Shown: positions 27,570 to 42,603, numbered from the stretch's first letter. The stretch is DNA of 64,000 bases from Lingula anatina (GCA_051362555.1 CM120649.1:15886567-15950566), one strand, 5' to 3'. The notes: a model not told the origin generated them from the sequence alone. A program made the numbers and translations.

Positions 27570-30500
27570 CCCCCCCCCAAGAATTGCACTAATGTATAAT
27601 AATGCTGTATTTATTTTGATGATTATATGGCTAGATTTTTGGCTAAAGATATAAGCCACATAACTGAAGAATCTAATAAAACAGATTGGCAAACCTGTAT
27701 TCTTAATTCAGTTTAAGGAAGAGGTTAACATTATATATATACTTGAATGGCATATATAACCAGCATTAAATAAACTGAATAGGAAAAAAACTACAGACTT
27801 GGCATACTGTTTATATATAGTTTTCACATCCATTTTTTATATTGTTACTGTGGTTACAGTAGTGTCCTATGTCATTATCAACATCATGTCCGATATCATC
27901 ATGATAAAGTTTGGTTCTTTGCAATGCTTTGTACCATAATTTGAGCCCATTTCACAACGATTGGTACAGTTTTATGTATCACACCAGTCTCATTTGTTTG
28001 TAGGGGGGGTTACTCCCATTCACAAGCTCCAATGTGCCAATCAAATAAATCCAGTTAATTGGCCATGTTGAGTAAAGAAACTCGGGTGACTCTAACATAT
28101 CTCATACTAGTATGATACAGAAAAGTGTACTGCTTGCTTTGAAAAGGGACCATTTTTTTTTTCAAGATAACTAAAGAACTATTTTTGAAGTTGTCATAAG
28201 CTCTCTATATGCTAGTGTAACAAACAGCAATTTATTTTGAACTAAATTTAACAAACATTTTGCAACATTTCTAAAACGGATCCCTAACCATTTTCTCAGC
28301 GTCTTCCTTCCCTTACAAGTAAATACAATCCATATGGAACCAGACAGTATGTTCCCAGTAGTATCATGGTGAATTGTTACCTGTGGTATCCTGCTGACAC
28401 CAGTTGACAGATGACTTGTCACCCAACATGACATCTCTATTATTCAGCACCTTGACAGGTACCATGGATCTGTTCCAGTCTTTTTATATTTAATTTTTTT
28501 TCATAAATGATGACGCTGGATGTTTACAGAGGTAAATCCAGGGGTACATGCAGAAATCATGCTTACTCACATTTTAGCTTCTCATATTTTGCTGGGACCT
28601 CACTTCATGAAACGCCACCCCCACCCAGCCCTATAATAAGGGAAGAATCAGGCATTTAGGTACCAATGGTGCAACATTATGTTAAGATGTATTTTGCCTA
28701 TTGCAAAAATTTTGAACTTTTCTGATTAAAATGCAGATTTGCCACTTACAACTTACTATAGTAGGAAAGGACTATTTTGATGTGATTTAATTGGTAATGA
28801 TGCTTTTCAGAGAACAAAATCTATTTGAAAACTATTTGCACATAAGCCTAAGTAAGTTGATCTAAATATAATAGATCATAGAAAAAACATTCTGTATCTA
28901 TAATACAGTACTACAACAAAATCACACATTGAAAAGTGAGTGAAAAAACTATCCTTTAGAATGTTCCCCAATCATTTGTACAAAAAAAGATATGACAACA
29001 TAGGGGCTTATTTCGCAGTAGAAATATCCTGTTGCAGTATTCTAAATGCAGATCATGTCGATGTCAGCTCAATCATGGGTGAGATTCAAGTAGAAAGATC
29101 ACTCCCTGGGGCCTCTTCATTCCTACTTTCAAACGTTTAACGATTCTCAAATTGGAACCAGTGGGTCTTTAGATACGCCAAATATTCTAATGCATTCTGA
29201 TGTTCTTATAATAAGGCAGGCTAGACTGGGTTCTTTTCCCTTGGTACACTGAACACTTAGGCAGCAGAAAGAGTCTTATCATGGTCAATTTCTAGACATG
29301 TTATAAAAGTGAGGAGGTTTCGGGGAAATATTTAGATACTTGGGGGTTTCATGTTCCTTCTATTAGGTGCAAAGTTCATTGTTGGGTTCCCCAGTGATTA
29401 AAAGCATTGGCGATAAGCTGGAAAAGTTGCCATTTTAAATTTCCAAAGACTGGTTGGAGTATGTGAGTGAAAAGGTATGCATATATGTATAAGGAAAGTG
29501 CCTTTGTTTAAGTTAAGTACTGACATAGTGGGATGTTATACTTTTTAGCAGTCTCCCATCTTACTCTATTTTGGGAGCACAATAAATTATTTCCACCCCA
29601 TTATTCCTCCCCTACCCCCCCCCCCCCCCCCAAAAAAAAAAAAAAAAAAAAAAGAGAGAGAAATAAATGAATTGTGATTTACAGATTTAATCCAGCCTCC
29701 TCAGTTTTTTTGCCTTGATTGGCAACCATTTTCAGTATCATAAATAATATTATATTTCGTTGACTTAAAATTCACAAGAAACAAAAAAGAACAGCCACCC
29801 TGTTATTATGTTCTCACATCCCACAACGCCATTTGATTAGCATTTCAAAGTGGAATACATAGGAAATAAACACCGCTGCCTAAAACCCAACCTGATTAGG
29901 TCCTTCTCCTGTGGGCAGTTACCATTGATTCACACCTTAGAGCCTAGTTAGATCTGCTAATGTGTGTGTAATACCCCACAGAGCTTAAACAGGGATACAT
30001 CATTTATAACGCTGTGCAGTAATAGCGTAGCAGAGGCGGCGAGAGTTTAACTAATGAGCGTAGTGCATCTCTAAAGAGAGCACTGCGGCTTCTGAGTTAG
30101 AGGTGGTGATTATATTAGGAAAAAATCTATGTGGTGAGCCTCTTTTTTTCCCTTCATTTGTGTTGTTTGTGGCTCTGTTTATTCTATTAGGTAGGGAAGA
30201 AAGTACATACAATCCAGTTTGACTAGTATTTGTGATGGACTGTATTGAAGTTAATAGCTACTGAAGTTCAGATGCAAGAAGCAAGTGTGTATGGAAATTT
30301 GAAAAATAAAGAATCTAGTCAGAATGGGCTTTGATCTTTGGGATATCTAGTGTCAAATCTCCATGGAAAATGAAACTTGACTGCTTAAAGGCATACTAAA
30401 TGCATTTAAAAATGTCCTAAAATCCTATTTTTTGTCTACATATCAAGCTGCTTACTTTTCCCAATTCAGACTTTAACATGATAAAACCCTTTAAATGTGA

Positions 30501-31934
30501 AACTTGACTGCGTACATAATTCTGAAGAAACTAGAGATATGTCCATGCCTATATATCTATTTTTTCTAGATGGATGAGTGAATATCCATTTTTCATTCAG
30601 GACATGTGCTGTTAGTACTTTAAATAATTTCCCAAGATATAAGTGCAGGAATGCCAGATTGGTCCCAGGAGTTCCCAGACAAACTTTGATGTCCCTATAT
30701 AACAAGGTCACATCTTGTGGATAATGAACCAGATGAAAAGTACTGTTTTTATTTTCATGACATGACCACAGGCCATTTGTAGTTCACCTTGTAACCTAGA
30801 AGCAGTAAGATTGCAGGTTGTCATGTTCTTCGAGGCTTGTAGCCAGCAACTTGAAAAGGGAGGTTCCTTTTCTGAAATAGTGGTCCTTTTTACCAAGGAA
30901 CCTACATTTGTGAGAGAAAACCTTTTTTTGATAAGTCATTGGCCACCACTAAAATTTGTTATCAAATAACCTCTAATAATAATAATTATAGTAATTAGAC
31001 GTACATGCCTCTCAGCAGTGAGAACACTTTGGTAATGGAAGCTATATATTTTTATGCCCTAGGTAGGGAATAACTATCATAATATTGACTGACAAAAAGC
31101 ATTCTTCAGTCTTCAAAAAGGAGATTCTGTTCAAAGTGTCACTCACCGTCTGGTGTGCTAAAGATGGAATTCTCTCCCCCCCCCCACCCCCTGCCCTTCT
31201 TTACCAATTTTACCAATATTTTCTTAATTCAGCCATCAAATTTATCTCCCATGACAGCCAGCGAACGAGGTTATATTCGTGACAGTATCTGGTCCATGGA
31301 AATAGGGGTGGATCGCCAATAGTTATGTCAATTGATTTTGAATTTTTATCCATTAGTTTCCTCCCATGTGGATTACCTATCACAAGAGATAAAGTTGTTT
31401 CTTTCTTTGGGGTTTGAAGTTTTTTTTATTTTATTGCTGTAACTGTAGTCTTTTTAAATTGTCTTGTCTGATGAGATGGCTCCCATGTGTGGATTCCATT
31501 TGCTTATCTGGTATTTGAAACGATTGCAAGAGAGAAGCATATTGATATGTCTTTGGCAAACATAATGTTTAATGAAATAACTGTCTTATGCTATTCAGGA
31601 GGAATGAAACAGACCTGTCAGTAGATTCTTTCTTGCCTGTGGAAGAATAATTTCATCTTCAGTCAACAAAACTCTGATGACCTAGCTCCTACAGGAATTG
31701 CTTCTCTCTGAAGTTACCTGCAATCTGCTTTGTCTGGGACCATGAAAATACCCTATATGTCTGGGCCTTTTCGAGTCTTTCTCGAAAATACTTTTCCTTC
31801 AATATCATCAAGGTGATATAATTCTTTTAGTAGTGAATTCCAATACTGACACATTTTTCAGCATGGTTATATACAGAAGAGATGTGAAGCGTGGCAGGAT
31901 GGCCCTCTCTCACCTTGTCAACCCCCTACCAAGG

Positions 31935-32125
31935 CAATCCCATGGATTCTTTTAACATTCCCCACAAAGACAAATCCATGGATTATTCTGAAAAAAAAAA
32001 CCTAAAAGCAATTCCATAGGGAATTCCTTGGATTCTTTAAATACCCCCCCCCCCCCCCCCCACACACACACAATTGCAATTTCCTGGATTCTTTAAACAC
32101 CCCCACAAGCATTACCTTGAATTCT
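31935..32125. repeat. Degenerate short tandem repeat (ccatggattct...aaacacccc)
   Basis: Four to five recurrences of (c/t)(a/t)tggattctt followed by C runs. Confidence 0.55.
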
Positions 32126-32208
32126 CTGTAATTCATGAACTGTTTATGGATATTTAGTTGCTTTATAAATGATTATACATTTAAAATTTTTTTGTTCTGA
32201 TGTTTCAG

Positions 32209-32259
32209 CATTCACCACGGGAGGGACGTGTGTTGGGTAGAAGAGCAGTGCAACATCAG
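32209..32259 (+). CDS. Candidate frame-preserving cassette exon HSPREGRVLGRRAVQHQ
   Basis: Long T-tract acceptor tttttttgttctgatgtttcag|, donor CAG|gtaggg, 51 nt. Open in phase 0, as required between 25526 and 38951. Confidence 0.5.
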
Positions 32260-32337
32260 GTAGGGTATCAGATCCAACTGAACCAATTTTCCTGTATATA
32301 TACCTGAAGTTACAGATCAGATGTGTGTCTTCTTCAT

Positions 32338-32508
32338 TCCCGTAGCCAGGGGGTTTCAGGGGGTTCAAACAAGTCACCCTTTTTGCCGGGGAAAAAGGTC
32401 TGCTCTGGGTAAAATATGATCTAGGTACCAGAGGGTTTCTTGTAAGAATTCCACTTTTTCAGAAAAGGACCCCCCCCCCCCCCTTTGAAATTGTTGGTTA
32501 TTGGTCTG
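32338..32508 (-). mobile_element. Short TIR element (hAT-like MITE), copy 1, damaged left TIR
   Basis: Reverse-complement homology to 34530-34698 (cgtagccagggggtt...tttgaaattgttggttattggtctg). tcttcttcatt occurs on both sides. Confidence 0.6.
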
Positions 32509-32963
32509 CATCTTCTTCATTTTAAATCCATCATGTGTGCAGGCTTGTCAGTCTCAGACATTTAGGGGCAATATTTTGGAAAGTTTACTATGCCAAGCAG
32601 AGATGTGTAAAATTATATCCAGTTTTCTTGATTTTTTGATTCCGTGGAAGGTCAAGTGAAGTAGATAAAACACCCATCTAGCATTTGTAATTGGTGTGGT
32701 AAACCTCATTCAAATGTCAGTGAAGTTCAGACATGATAACCAAGTATGCACAGAGATTTGAAAATGACAAAGCTGACCCGCCTCGTTTCCTGAATTTGTG
32801 CTGTCTCTTGTATTAATTTAATCTCTGCAGAAACTACTAGATAAGAAATGACTCATTATTTTATTATCTTCTGACCAACTTCTAACTAAAATTTTATTCA
32901 AAAGTTACTGTTCTAAAATTTTGGTAATATGTGGAAGGGTGAAGGCAGTTAGGTCCTTACATG

Positions 32964-33000
<37 letters not shown>

Positions 33001-34529
33001 CTTCAAACAAACAAACACGCACACCTCAGTACTTTTTAAAATCTGACTGATTTAGAGAGAATACAACAGACATAATTGGTGCCATCAGAAAACCCATTGT
33101 TTCCAATGGTATTTCTAACTCCTCTTGATGTCACAGTGGTTTCTATGTAATATGTCCATCTGGTCATGTCAGTTTGAACGTTTTCACTCTGAGTCCCACA
33201 TATTGATGAAGGCAACCGTGCTGTCTAAATTTGAAACAAAACAGTTGCTGGAAATCCTATCAGAGTAATGAGTTTCACAAGAAAATTGTTTCCAGCATAT
33301 TTTCAATTTTTACGAGAAAACAACTAAAATGTTCTAATTTGATCCACATGCAATGAGCCACTTCCCTATGAGAGAAGTGGATATAGAGATCAAGCTTGTC
33401 TGACAGGTTCTTCGCTGATATATCGGGAATTTTCTTTTTTTGATTGAATAATATTATATCAAGGAACATATTGCATCTTCATTGCAGCTTTATCTGGGCT
33501 CCTTTGACTACTTCCTTTAATTTAAAATGAAATTAACAATTTTCTTCATTATATTTGAAAATGTCCCTATTAGTTGGTCTTCCCCGTCAGGTTATATATG
33601 ATAAAGAAGATTTTTTATTGACAAATTGTCATTTTCTGATATCAGTCTGGTAAGATTGCTTTTATTGAACTGACAAGAGCGGATATTGCTACGTCTAGAA
33701 GGGTCTGCTTTCAAGATGTTCAAGGATAATTTGGGCAGTGGTGACCTTGGTATGTGGTTTATGTTGTTCATATCCTCTATGAGTATAATTGCCTAGTAAA
33801 AGACTGGACAGTTCTTTGTATTGGGTAGTATACTATAAACTCCAAGTATACCCAATAATTGGATTTAGCATTCACATTGTTTGAAACTTGTGGTACAATT
33901 TTTTTTTACTGATGGTACAGTAAAGCAGCTCTATAAGGCATATATATGTTATCTTCTTCATCATTTTTTTTTCAAATAAGCATTTTGTAGTAGGTTCTAT
34001 TAGATTTGGTCCTTATGCTTGTTTCTTTGCCATAAGTTAAAATATATGAACATTGCCTAACTTGTCATGACCATTTTATCAACTTTGCCCAAACAGTAGG
34101 ACTCTAACTTGTGAAAGAAAGGGAAAACCCCCTGTAGCACAATCACACGTAGGGACCCCTCAAATTGTACCAAGAAAGTATGCTACTGGATTCAAAGAGG
34201 GCCTCGGTCTACTTTTGAGTTACATATGAAATAAAGAATTTGAAAAAGAAAACGGAATGAGACACTGGTGCTTGGTGGCGTGAGTAATTACCATGACAAT
34301 AAAATTAGTGATTATTATCTGTCCCAGAGTGACAGATGTCCTGTGAGAAGAATGCATCTTCACAAATTTAGATTTCTCGTTGGTGACAATAGAGACTATT
34401 GCGATAGCCATTTTCGCAGAGGAATGAATCTGAATTAGTTCATTAACTATGATTGATTTCTTAATCAATCCCGTTCTCTACCAGATGACTGAAAACCCTA
34501 TGTTTCAAAGAATGTTGAATGTGTGTCTA

Positions 34530-34698
34530 CAGGCCCATAGCCAACAATTTCAAATGGCGGGTTCTTTTTCCCAAAAAGTGGACCTTTTACAATGAATCCT
34601 TAGTGCACATAGATCAAAATTTACCCAAATTAGACCTTTTCCTGACAAAAAGGGCAGTTCTTTTGAACCCTCCCAAACCCCCCCTGGCTACAGGCCTG
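34530..34698 (+). mobile_element. Short TIR element (hAT-like MITE), copy 2
   Basis: TIRs caggcccatagcca / tggctacaggcctg with CAGG...CCTG termini. No clear 8-bp TSD. Confidence 0.65.
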
Positions 34699-35289
34699 AT
34701 CTGTGTTGGTACATGTTTCTTGTGTCTGTGCGAGGGGGAGAAATCTTCTAAGTCCCTTCTGTATTACTACTTTACATTGTAACTTCTCGTACTCCCCATA
34801 GCAAACTTGTTACATTTTCTACATTAGTACGCCCCTGCATAACTCTCCTACACTTTTCTAAGACTGCATGATGGTTTAAGATTCATCATAATACAACTGA
34901 CTTCTTGCATGTGCTACATTATGTCATTAGGTGCCTCTTCTGTTTCTATGTGATGGATGTTAATTGTCAGGAAACTGGGTGTTTTTTTTAGTGACAGTCT
35001 GGGAATTGAATTGCTTGCTTGAGTGAATTGAATCTGTGAACGGCCATGTGAACGGAAGAAAGAGTTGTCAGTCAAAAGGCTCAAACAATGATGGAAAGAT
35101 AGTGCTGCTTTTGTAAGGGCGGCACAATGTGGAGAAATTGGACCTATTAAATGGATTTTTCTGCTTTTGACAATGGGGTTTAATGATTTTTTTCCTTTTC
35201 TTAATGTTTTTTATATTTTTGATTGTTCATTCAATTTGCATTTCTTCATTCATTAAATCAGATTCATCTGTTTGTTTTTCTTATAATCT

Positions 35290-35290
35290 T

Positions 35291-35347
<57 letters not shown>
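35290..35347. repeat. (CT)n microsatellite
   Basis: Near-perfect CT run. Confidence 0.9.
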
Positions 35348-35352
<5 letters not shown>

Positions 35353-38300
35353 GATATAAACAGAACTTGATAAACCCAATTTGTGGACACTTTAACAACT
35401 GAAATCTGAGAGATATAATTTTAGAATTAATTGATCTTAGAGCTGATAGGAATTAAAATTCAATGCAAATAATTATTTGATACAGTAAAAGATACTTAGT
35501 TTGTACTTATGCACCTTCAGCATTACCGAAGTTCGCCATTGTTATTCGACTTGACATTGGGCGATTGTCATCTTTGTTCAGTGGATACAGTTTCAATCCA
35601 GCGTGATTTGTATCTTTGTGTTGTAGTACTACAGTTACAAATCGAAGTAGATATTGCTTATCCAATGAGCAAGAGGTATTATTTCATGAGGCCAGTTCAC
35701 ACAGGCACCATTTTAACCATACACACTGCATATGTATATTTAAATTTGTATTTGTGTATTTACTGTATTTATATTTGTGTTTTAGGCCAACCTCAGGCCT
35801 GTAAGTGTCCCATCTATTGGCCATCCATGCAGACAGCCCAACCAGTTAAGACTCTAGAAATTGAACCATTTACTTCATTAGATTGCTAAGAAAGTTTTGG
35901 ATTGTTTGAGGAAAGTTTCTTTGAAGCATTTTCAAAAAAGAAAAAAAAAAAAAAAACGGCCCTGATAAACTTTTACCATTATAGCCTGGGGTATCATCAA
36001 TATTAATCAACACCAAATGTTTGATAGGAATCAAAGGTTAAAAACCTTGGGAAAACCATGTGTATTTGAACATAAAAACTGTCGCAGTACTTTTTTAAAC
36101 CAGGTGAATACAGCCGTAAGTTTCTAATTGGTCTTGGAAAGTTAATACGACTTCAAACAGATAAGAGTGGCTGTCAGGAAGGCCAGACAAAATTGATCAG
36201 TTGGTTAACAAGTATTGATTTTCTCGAAAAAAGAATTCATAGGTTAAATATATATATATATATATTTTTTTTATGGCTCAGTTATAATTTTCTCTTACTT
36301 ATCCTGTACCAAAACAGTATACCCCATGTATTTTTGTTTTGAAAAAAATTGGTTCAAAAAATTTTACTCCATCAAAAGTCAAGCTGGTTAACCAATTTAT
36401 CAGTTTTGCCTGGCCTAAGAATAACATTACTCTTAGTTGTTTTGACTGCGGGTGGGATCAAAACTTACTCCATCGTGTGACGGCTTTTTTGATGTCACCA
36501 AGAAGTGACAACAATTGTGCTGTATTTGGTGACAGAGTAAAGAAAGGTGTCTTCTGTTACGTCCTGGGGACACCATTATGAATGTGTACCAGTTATGTTA
36601 TGATCATTGGACCGTAATGACATTCTAGGTACACTTTTTTTTGTAAATGGGGTGTAAATTTTCATCTTCTTTAGCTCAGTTATATAGCAATGCACAATAT
36701 AATGGAGCTTAAGTTCATTCATATTTTTTTGTCCTTGTGTTGATTGGTGCTTGAGGATATTAGTTTCTTCAGCTATTACACTTGTACACGCATAAGCACA
36801 TGGATCTAAAGGTATAAAAACAAGTACATACATTCCTGCTTTTTCAATGAATTTGTCCATTTTTTCTCAAAATTAATCCAATTATTCAGGATGGTTATAG
36901 GGGTTTTGAATTTGTCCAAGTGGGTTAAATATGCCATGGTGGATATTCCCACCTACTCCCACGGAATATTGATGAGTCAAGTGCAATCTTACTGGAATTT
37001 ATCATCATGGTATCAACTAATGCATGCCAGTGATAACCAATTTTAACCACCCACTATTTTGCTCAAAAGAACACAATTTTCTCCTACTCACAAATCTTTG
37101 CTTCTCCTGCTGTCCCTGCACTTGGATTGTATGTTTGATACCATTTGTAATTGAATAATTTATTTCTAAATGCCTAGCCAAACACTTAGACCATCACATC
37201 TCAGGTGCGGATTGAGGCCATCTTCTGGGTCTTCCGGAAGACGGTCAGATTTTCAAGTTTACATTGATCGGTATCTAATTTTTTCTTTCGGAAGAGGGTT
37301 GAAAATGGAAGATGGATCAACAAAGATAGTTTGGAAGACTGTATCTTACTTACTTTTTAGATATTTTATCATTTTTAAATACAGAATTGGGAAATAGTAG
37401 CTTTGTGGGATATTAAGACATAAACTTATGACTTTGGGACATTTCCTAATACATGGCATCTTATAGTATACCTTTAACAAGGCTTTGTAAATTAATAATA
37501 CAAGTTGGCTTATGGATGCTAAAAAGACTCAAGTGTTCTTTATTTTCTATGGTATACATACAATTGCACCATATCAACACTGTCATCAGCTCAATCATCT
37601 GCCATCATCAGCATCTGTACTATGATATCCCACACAATGCAAGGTAAAAGACAAATTAGTCTTATTTAGTAGACATTTACTGCTTATTTCCCAGAGGCAG
37701 TTGTCATGTTAGTTGCTATATATATTGCAGTGGGTGTTTGTGGCTTTTATGTGCAGATTAGCATGGTTTAAGGTGCAATTAACATTGTTTCAGTTTTTAT
37801 GTTCCTAAAATATATTCATATGGTAGGAAAATGCCACGTGCTTTGACATCATTATAGTATTTTTGCCTAGGGGTGAATGTTTTATTGTTTTGTTTGCTGT
37901 ACTGGAATATGACGGATATGAAGGCATGGGGATATATATAGTTCACTGCTGAGCTGATATGAATAAAAATGATTGTCAAGAGTGTATGTTTAAAAGTGTT
38001 ATTGTACTAATTGCTGTTTTTATGCAGAAATGCTGTTACTGTAGCTTATTAAGCCAATGAAGGAATCTGCATATTTGAGCAAGATATATGGTTGGATAGA
38101 TGATTGGAATTCATAATTTGGAAAACGCATACCTTGGAAGGTCTCAAAATACCTTTCATTAATGTGAACTTGTTTGTTTTTTAATGGAATATAATAAAAA
38201 TTTGGATATAAACAGGCAGATAAAAAGGTCTGGGGTGTGAAACAGTATATAACATACGACAACAAACTGAAGAAGTGAAGTAGTTTCAAACACAAAATGT

Positions 38301-38950
38301 ATTCAGAAGCTTAAGCAGCTTAAAACATTGACATTTGCTTAACTGTGAAACATTTTCTGCTTGGCTTTCTACCTGGCAAATCGAATGCACTTTTTAAAAT
38401 CATGCAGTCTTTCTTTTTATCAGTTGATCCCATTGATGTTTGGAATTATGTAGTATGATGGCGATACATAACTCCACATCTAGTATTACTTTGGCACATT
38501 CGTTCAGATTTTCATTCCCCAAAATGTTCATGAAAGAATGATGAATGGCCCATTTTGCAGTTATAATTTGCCAGAAGATTAATAAATCTTTCATAATTTG
38601 TCAACATTATTTTTATGGGAAAGATGGTAAGATGAATGTGGTAGTAATAATTGATCTTTTTGGGAAGATTGGTTGTGGGTATCAAGAAACACAATATTTG
38701 CTTCATTTTAGCCTTTTTTTTTGCCATATTGTGCTTTGTGTATATAAAAAAAAAGAAAAACAAAAAATCTTAACACTATGTAAGTTCACATTTTTATTTC
38801 ATGAATATAAATTTTACAATCATTTTTATGTGTCTATTTATGCAATTCACTACTCTGTTGAGAAATCAAAAGTTATGACGCCTTTAATTTGCAATTGTTT
38901 AGTTATTTTGATTTCTCAGTAGTAATGTACCAATTTGTTATTATTTACAG

Positions 38951-39025
38951 TATCAAGTTGTCAGGTCACAGAGTGAAGAAATCTCTGTAGACAGCCCTGA
39001 TCTTGGAGAGCCAAACATTGAGAGG
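38951..39025 (+). CDS. Cytoplasmic exon YQVVRSQSEEISVDSPDLGEPNIER
   Basis: Acceptor ttatttacag|, donor AGG|gtaagc, 75 nt, phase 0-0. Confidence 0.85.
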
Positions 39026-39390
39026 GTAAGCTTAATTGTTTGATTTTGAATAAACAAGCTTCTGGAATATGTTATGTAGTATTGTGTGTTTTTTCTTTCT
39101 ATGCAGTTGTTTCACAAAAATGGCTGATTTTCATCTTATACATTTTTTTCACAAAATAAGTGTTGTGTATTTTGTTGGCCCTCATTATATCTTTGCATGT
39201 TGATGATGTTTTTCTTTAAAGATTAATTTGCTGGTCTAGATGTTGAAAATGTGCTTTTATGTTATAAAAATCAATGTTTAAGTTTTTGATTTTTAAACAG
39301 TTGTTTGGCTATTGCGTCCACTGTTTATTTTCTGCTCATATATCATGAAAATGTATTGGTTGATGAAGTTAGTTTTTCTTATTTATTTTT

Positions 39391-42300
39391 TTATGTACAG
39401 ACACAGAAGTGTCTGTACATATTGCCATCACCTGCGTCTGTCGTCGCCGATGCCGATGCCGATGCCGGCGCCGTGCACTTTCCTTGTTAACACGATAAGT
39501 GGAGGGCAGTTTTACTTTTTGGCTTTATATTTACAGAGCTGATGAATATTCATAAAACACAGGTCAAGTTCGAAAATCAGCATGATCGGGCCATTATTGT
39601 AGAAGTTATGCTGTTTTTTTCACTTTTCAGCATATATGCAGCCCTGTTAACACATTTTAAGGAAAACCGATAGGCCTGTTGTCATTAAACTCACAGGAGT
39701 AATCAATCTTACTAAAACGCAGGTCAAGTTCGAAAATCGGCATGATCGGGCCACTATTTTAGTAGTAATGCTGTTTTTTCACTTTTTAGCATATATGCAA
39801 CATTGTTAACACATATCAAGGAAAACCGATAGGCCTGTTGTCATGAAACTCACATTAGTAATCAATCTTACTAAAACGCAGGTCAAGTTCAAAAATCAGC
39901 ATAATGGGGCCATTATTTTATAAGTTATGCTGTTTTTTCACATTTCCTCAGATTCAATTCTTAGGCATGTTAACAGTCTCATTATTTAACTAATAAGATA
40001 CGTAAATGTGTTTGTTTGACATTTCCTGCAACTTTACAACATTGTTAGTTGATTATGTAAAAATGATGGTAAACTTGTTATCATGTATTGTATAATAGAG
40101 TTTCAAAAATGGAAAAAAACTCATATCATTGCAGTTTGTCAGATTAATTCATTCACTATGTTCAGAAACTCGGAATGGAGGAAATTGGACATTAAACACT
40201 GTTCTATTGATATTTTTCCCATGTCATCAATTTTCTAAGTTGATCATATAAAAATGGCAGTAAACTGTTAATTTTGTTATATGTTAAACAATTGTTAAAA
40301 ATGGAAAAAAACACATTTCAGGACAGTGCTGTCTTGTTTACATTTTGGCATTTTCAAGGTGTGACTTTGAAGTTCCATGGGCCTGAAGACCTTTGCTTGT
40401 CACATTTTCTGAATATCCATGATACTAATATTTTATTATTAAAAATTGATGGTCATTATGCTGTTAAACATTATGTAATATTGCATCAAAATTTGAAGAA
40501 ACCCCTATTTTGGACACTGCTCCCATGATGACCATTTAAGGAAAACCATGTCACTTACTGTTCTCAAACTTACATGAAAGAAACATGGGACTAAGATACA
40601 GTTTAATTAGGCAATGCAGTCTGTTTGGTAATTCTTTCTGGCAGTTAATCGGTTTTTTGTGAAAATTTAATTTTTCACATATTGGCATTTTCAAGGTGTG
40701 ACTTAGAACCTCCAAGGGCTTGAAGACCCATGGTAGTCACATTTTCTGAAAATCCACGATACATATATTTTATTATGTACATATTTGCCATCACCTGCAT
40801 CTGTCGTCGCCGTCCATGTTGCCGTCGCCGTGCACTTTTATCGTTAACACCATAAGTGGAAGACAGTTTTACTTTTTGGCTTTAATATTTACAGAGCTGA
40901 TGAATATTCATAATACGCAGGTCAAGTTCGAAAATCAACATGATCGAGGCATTATTGTAGAAGTTATGCTGTTTTTTTTTTCACTTTTCAGCATATATGC
41001 AACACTGTTAACACAATATAAGAAAAACATATAGGCCAGTTGTCATGAAACTCACAGGAGTGGTTAATCTTACTAAAATGTTCGAAAATCGGCATGATCG
41101 GGCCACTATTTTAGTAGTTATGCTGTTTTTTTCACTTTTCAGCATATATACAACACTGTTAACACAATATAAGAAAAACAGATAGGCCAATTGTCATGAA
41201 ACTCACAGGAGTGGTTAATCTTACTAAAACTCAGGTTGAGTTTGAAAATCAGCATAATCGGGCCATTATCTTAGAAGTTATGCTGTTTTTTCACATTTCC
41301 TCAGATTCAATTCTTAGGCATGTTAACAGTTTCATTATTTAATAAATAAGATACGTAAAAGTGTTTGTTTGACATTTCCTGCATCTTTACAACATTGTTG
41401 GTTGATTTTGTAAAAATGATGGTAAACTTGTTATCGTGTATTGTGTAATAAAGTTTCAAAAATGGAAAAAAAACTCATATCATTGCAGTTTGTCAGATTC
41501 AATCATTCACTATGTTCAGAATCTCAGAATGGAAGAAATTGGACATTTAACACTGCTCTATTGATTTTTTTCCATCTCATCAATTTTTTTAGTTGATCAT
41601 ATATAAATGGCAGTAAACTGTTAATTTTGTTTTATGTTAAAAATTGTTAAAAATGTGGAAAAAAACATTTCAGAACAGTGCTGTCTTGTTTACATTTTGG
41701 CAATTTCGAGTTGTGACTTTGAAGTTCCATGGGCCAGAAGACCTTTGCTAGTCACATTTTCTGAATATCCATGATACTAATATTTTATTATTAGAAATTG
41801 ATGGTCATTATGCTGTTAAACATTATGTAATATTGCATCAAAATTTGAAAAAAAACTATTTTTGGGCACTGCTACTATGATGACCATTTAAGAAAAACCA
41901 TGTCACTTACTGTTCTCAAACTTACAGGAAAGAAACATGGGACTAAAATATAGCTTCAGTAGGCAATGCAATCTGCCAGTTAAACATTTTTTTGTGAAAA
42001 TTTAATTTTTCACATATTGGCATTTTCAATGTGTGACTTTGAAGTTCCACAGGCTTGAAGACCCATGATAGTCACATTTTCTGAAAATCCATGATAGGTA
42101 TATTTTCTTATTAAAAATTGATTGTCATTATGCTGTAAACCATTATGTAATATTGCATCAGAATAGAAGAAAACACAATTTTGGGTGCTGCTGCCATGAT
42201 GACCATTATGAGAAAACCATGTAACTTATGATTGAAAAACTTTCAAAAAAGAAATACAGGACTAAAATGCAGCCTGACGTTGGAAAAGCAGTCTAATTGA

Positions 42301-42534
42301 CTTCTTTTTCTGGAAGTTTTACATTTTCAAAGTGTGAACTTGAACTTCCATGGGCCTGAAGCCTTATGCTTGGTACACATTTTACTTTCATTGGTATTAC
42401 CTGTTGAGCATAATTAAAATTTGATGTTGAATTTGCAGTTTAACATAATGTACTTTTGTATCAGAATTGACAGTAGCCTATTTTGTTATTTCCTGCTTTT
42501 TGTCTGTACATTTGACAGCTTTGCTGCCTTATCT
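39391..42534 (+). mobile_element. Non-autonomous Helentron-associated (HINE/DINE-1-like) element, family H1, head-to-tail dimer (junction ~40772)
   Basis: 5' subTIR+IR hairpin tatgtacagacac-agaa-gtgtctgtacata (39392-39421), (gccgat)n microsatellite, internal ~160-bp and ~320-340-bp subrepeats, 3' subTIR tgtctgtacat (42501) and a short stem-loop cagc-ttt-gctg. T-rich flanks, no TSD. Confidence 0.8.
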
Positions 42535-42603
42535 TAAGCACCTCTTTATTGTTTTGCTGTTTATTTTACCCTTGAGTTTGTTGTTGTTTCCTTTGGTTTC
42601 TAG

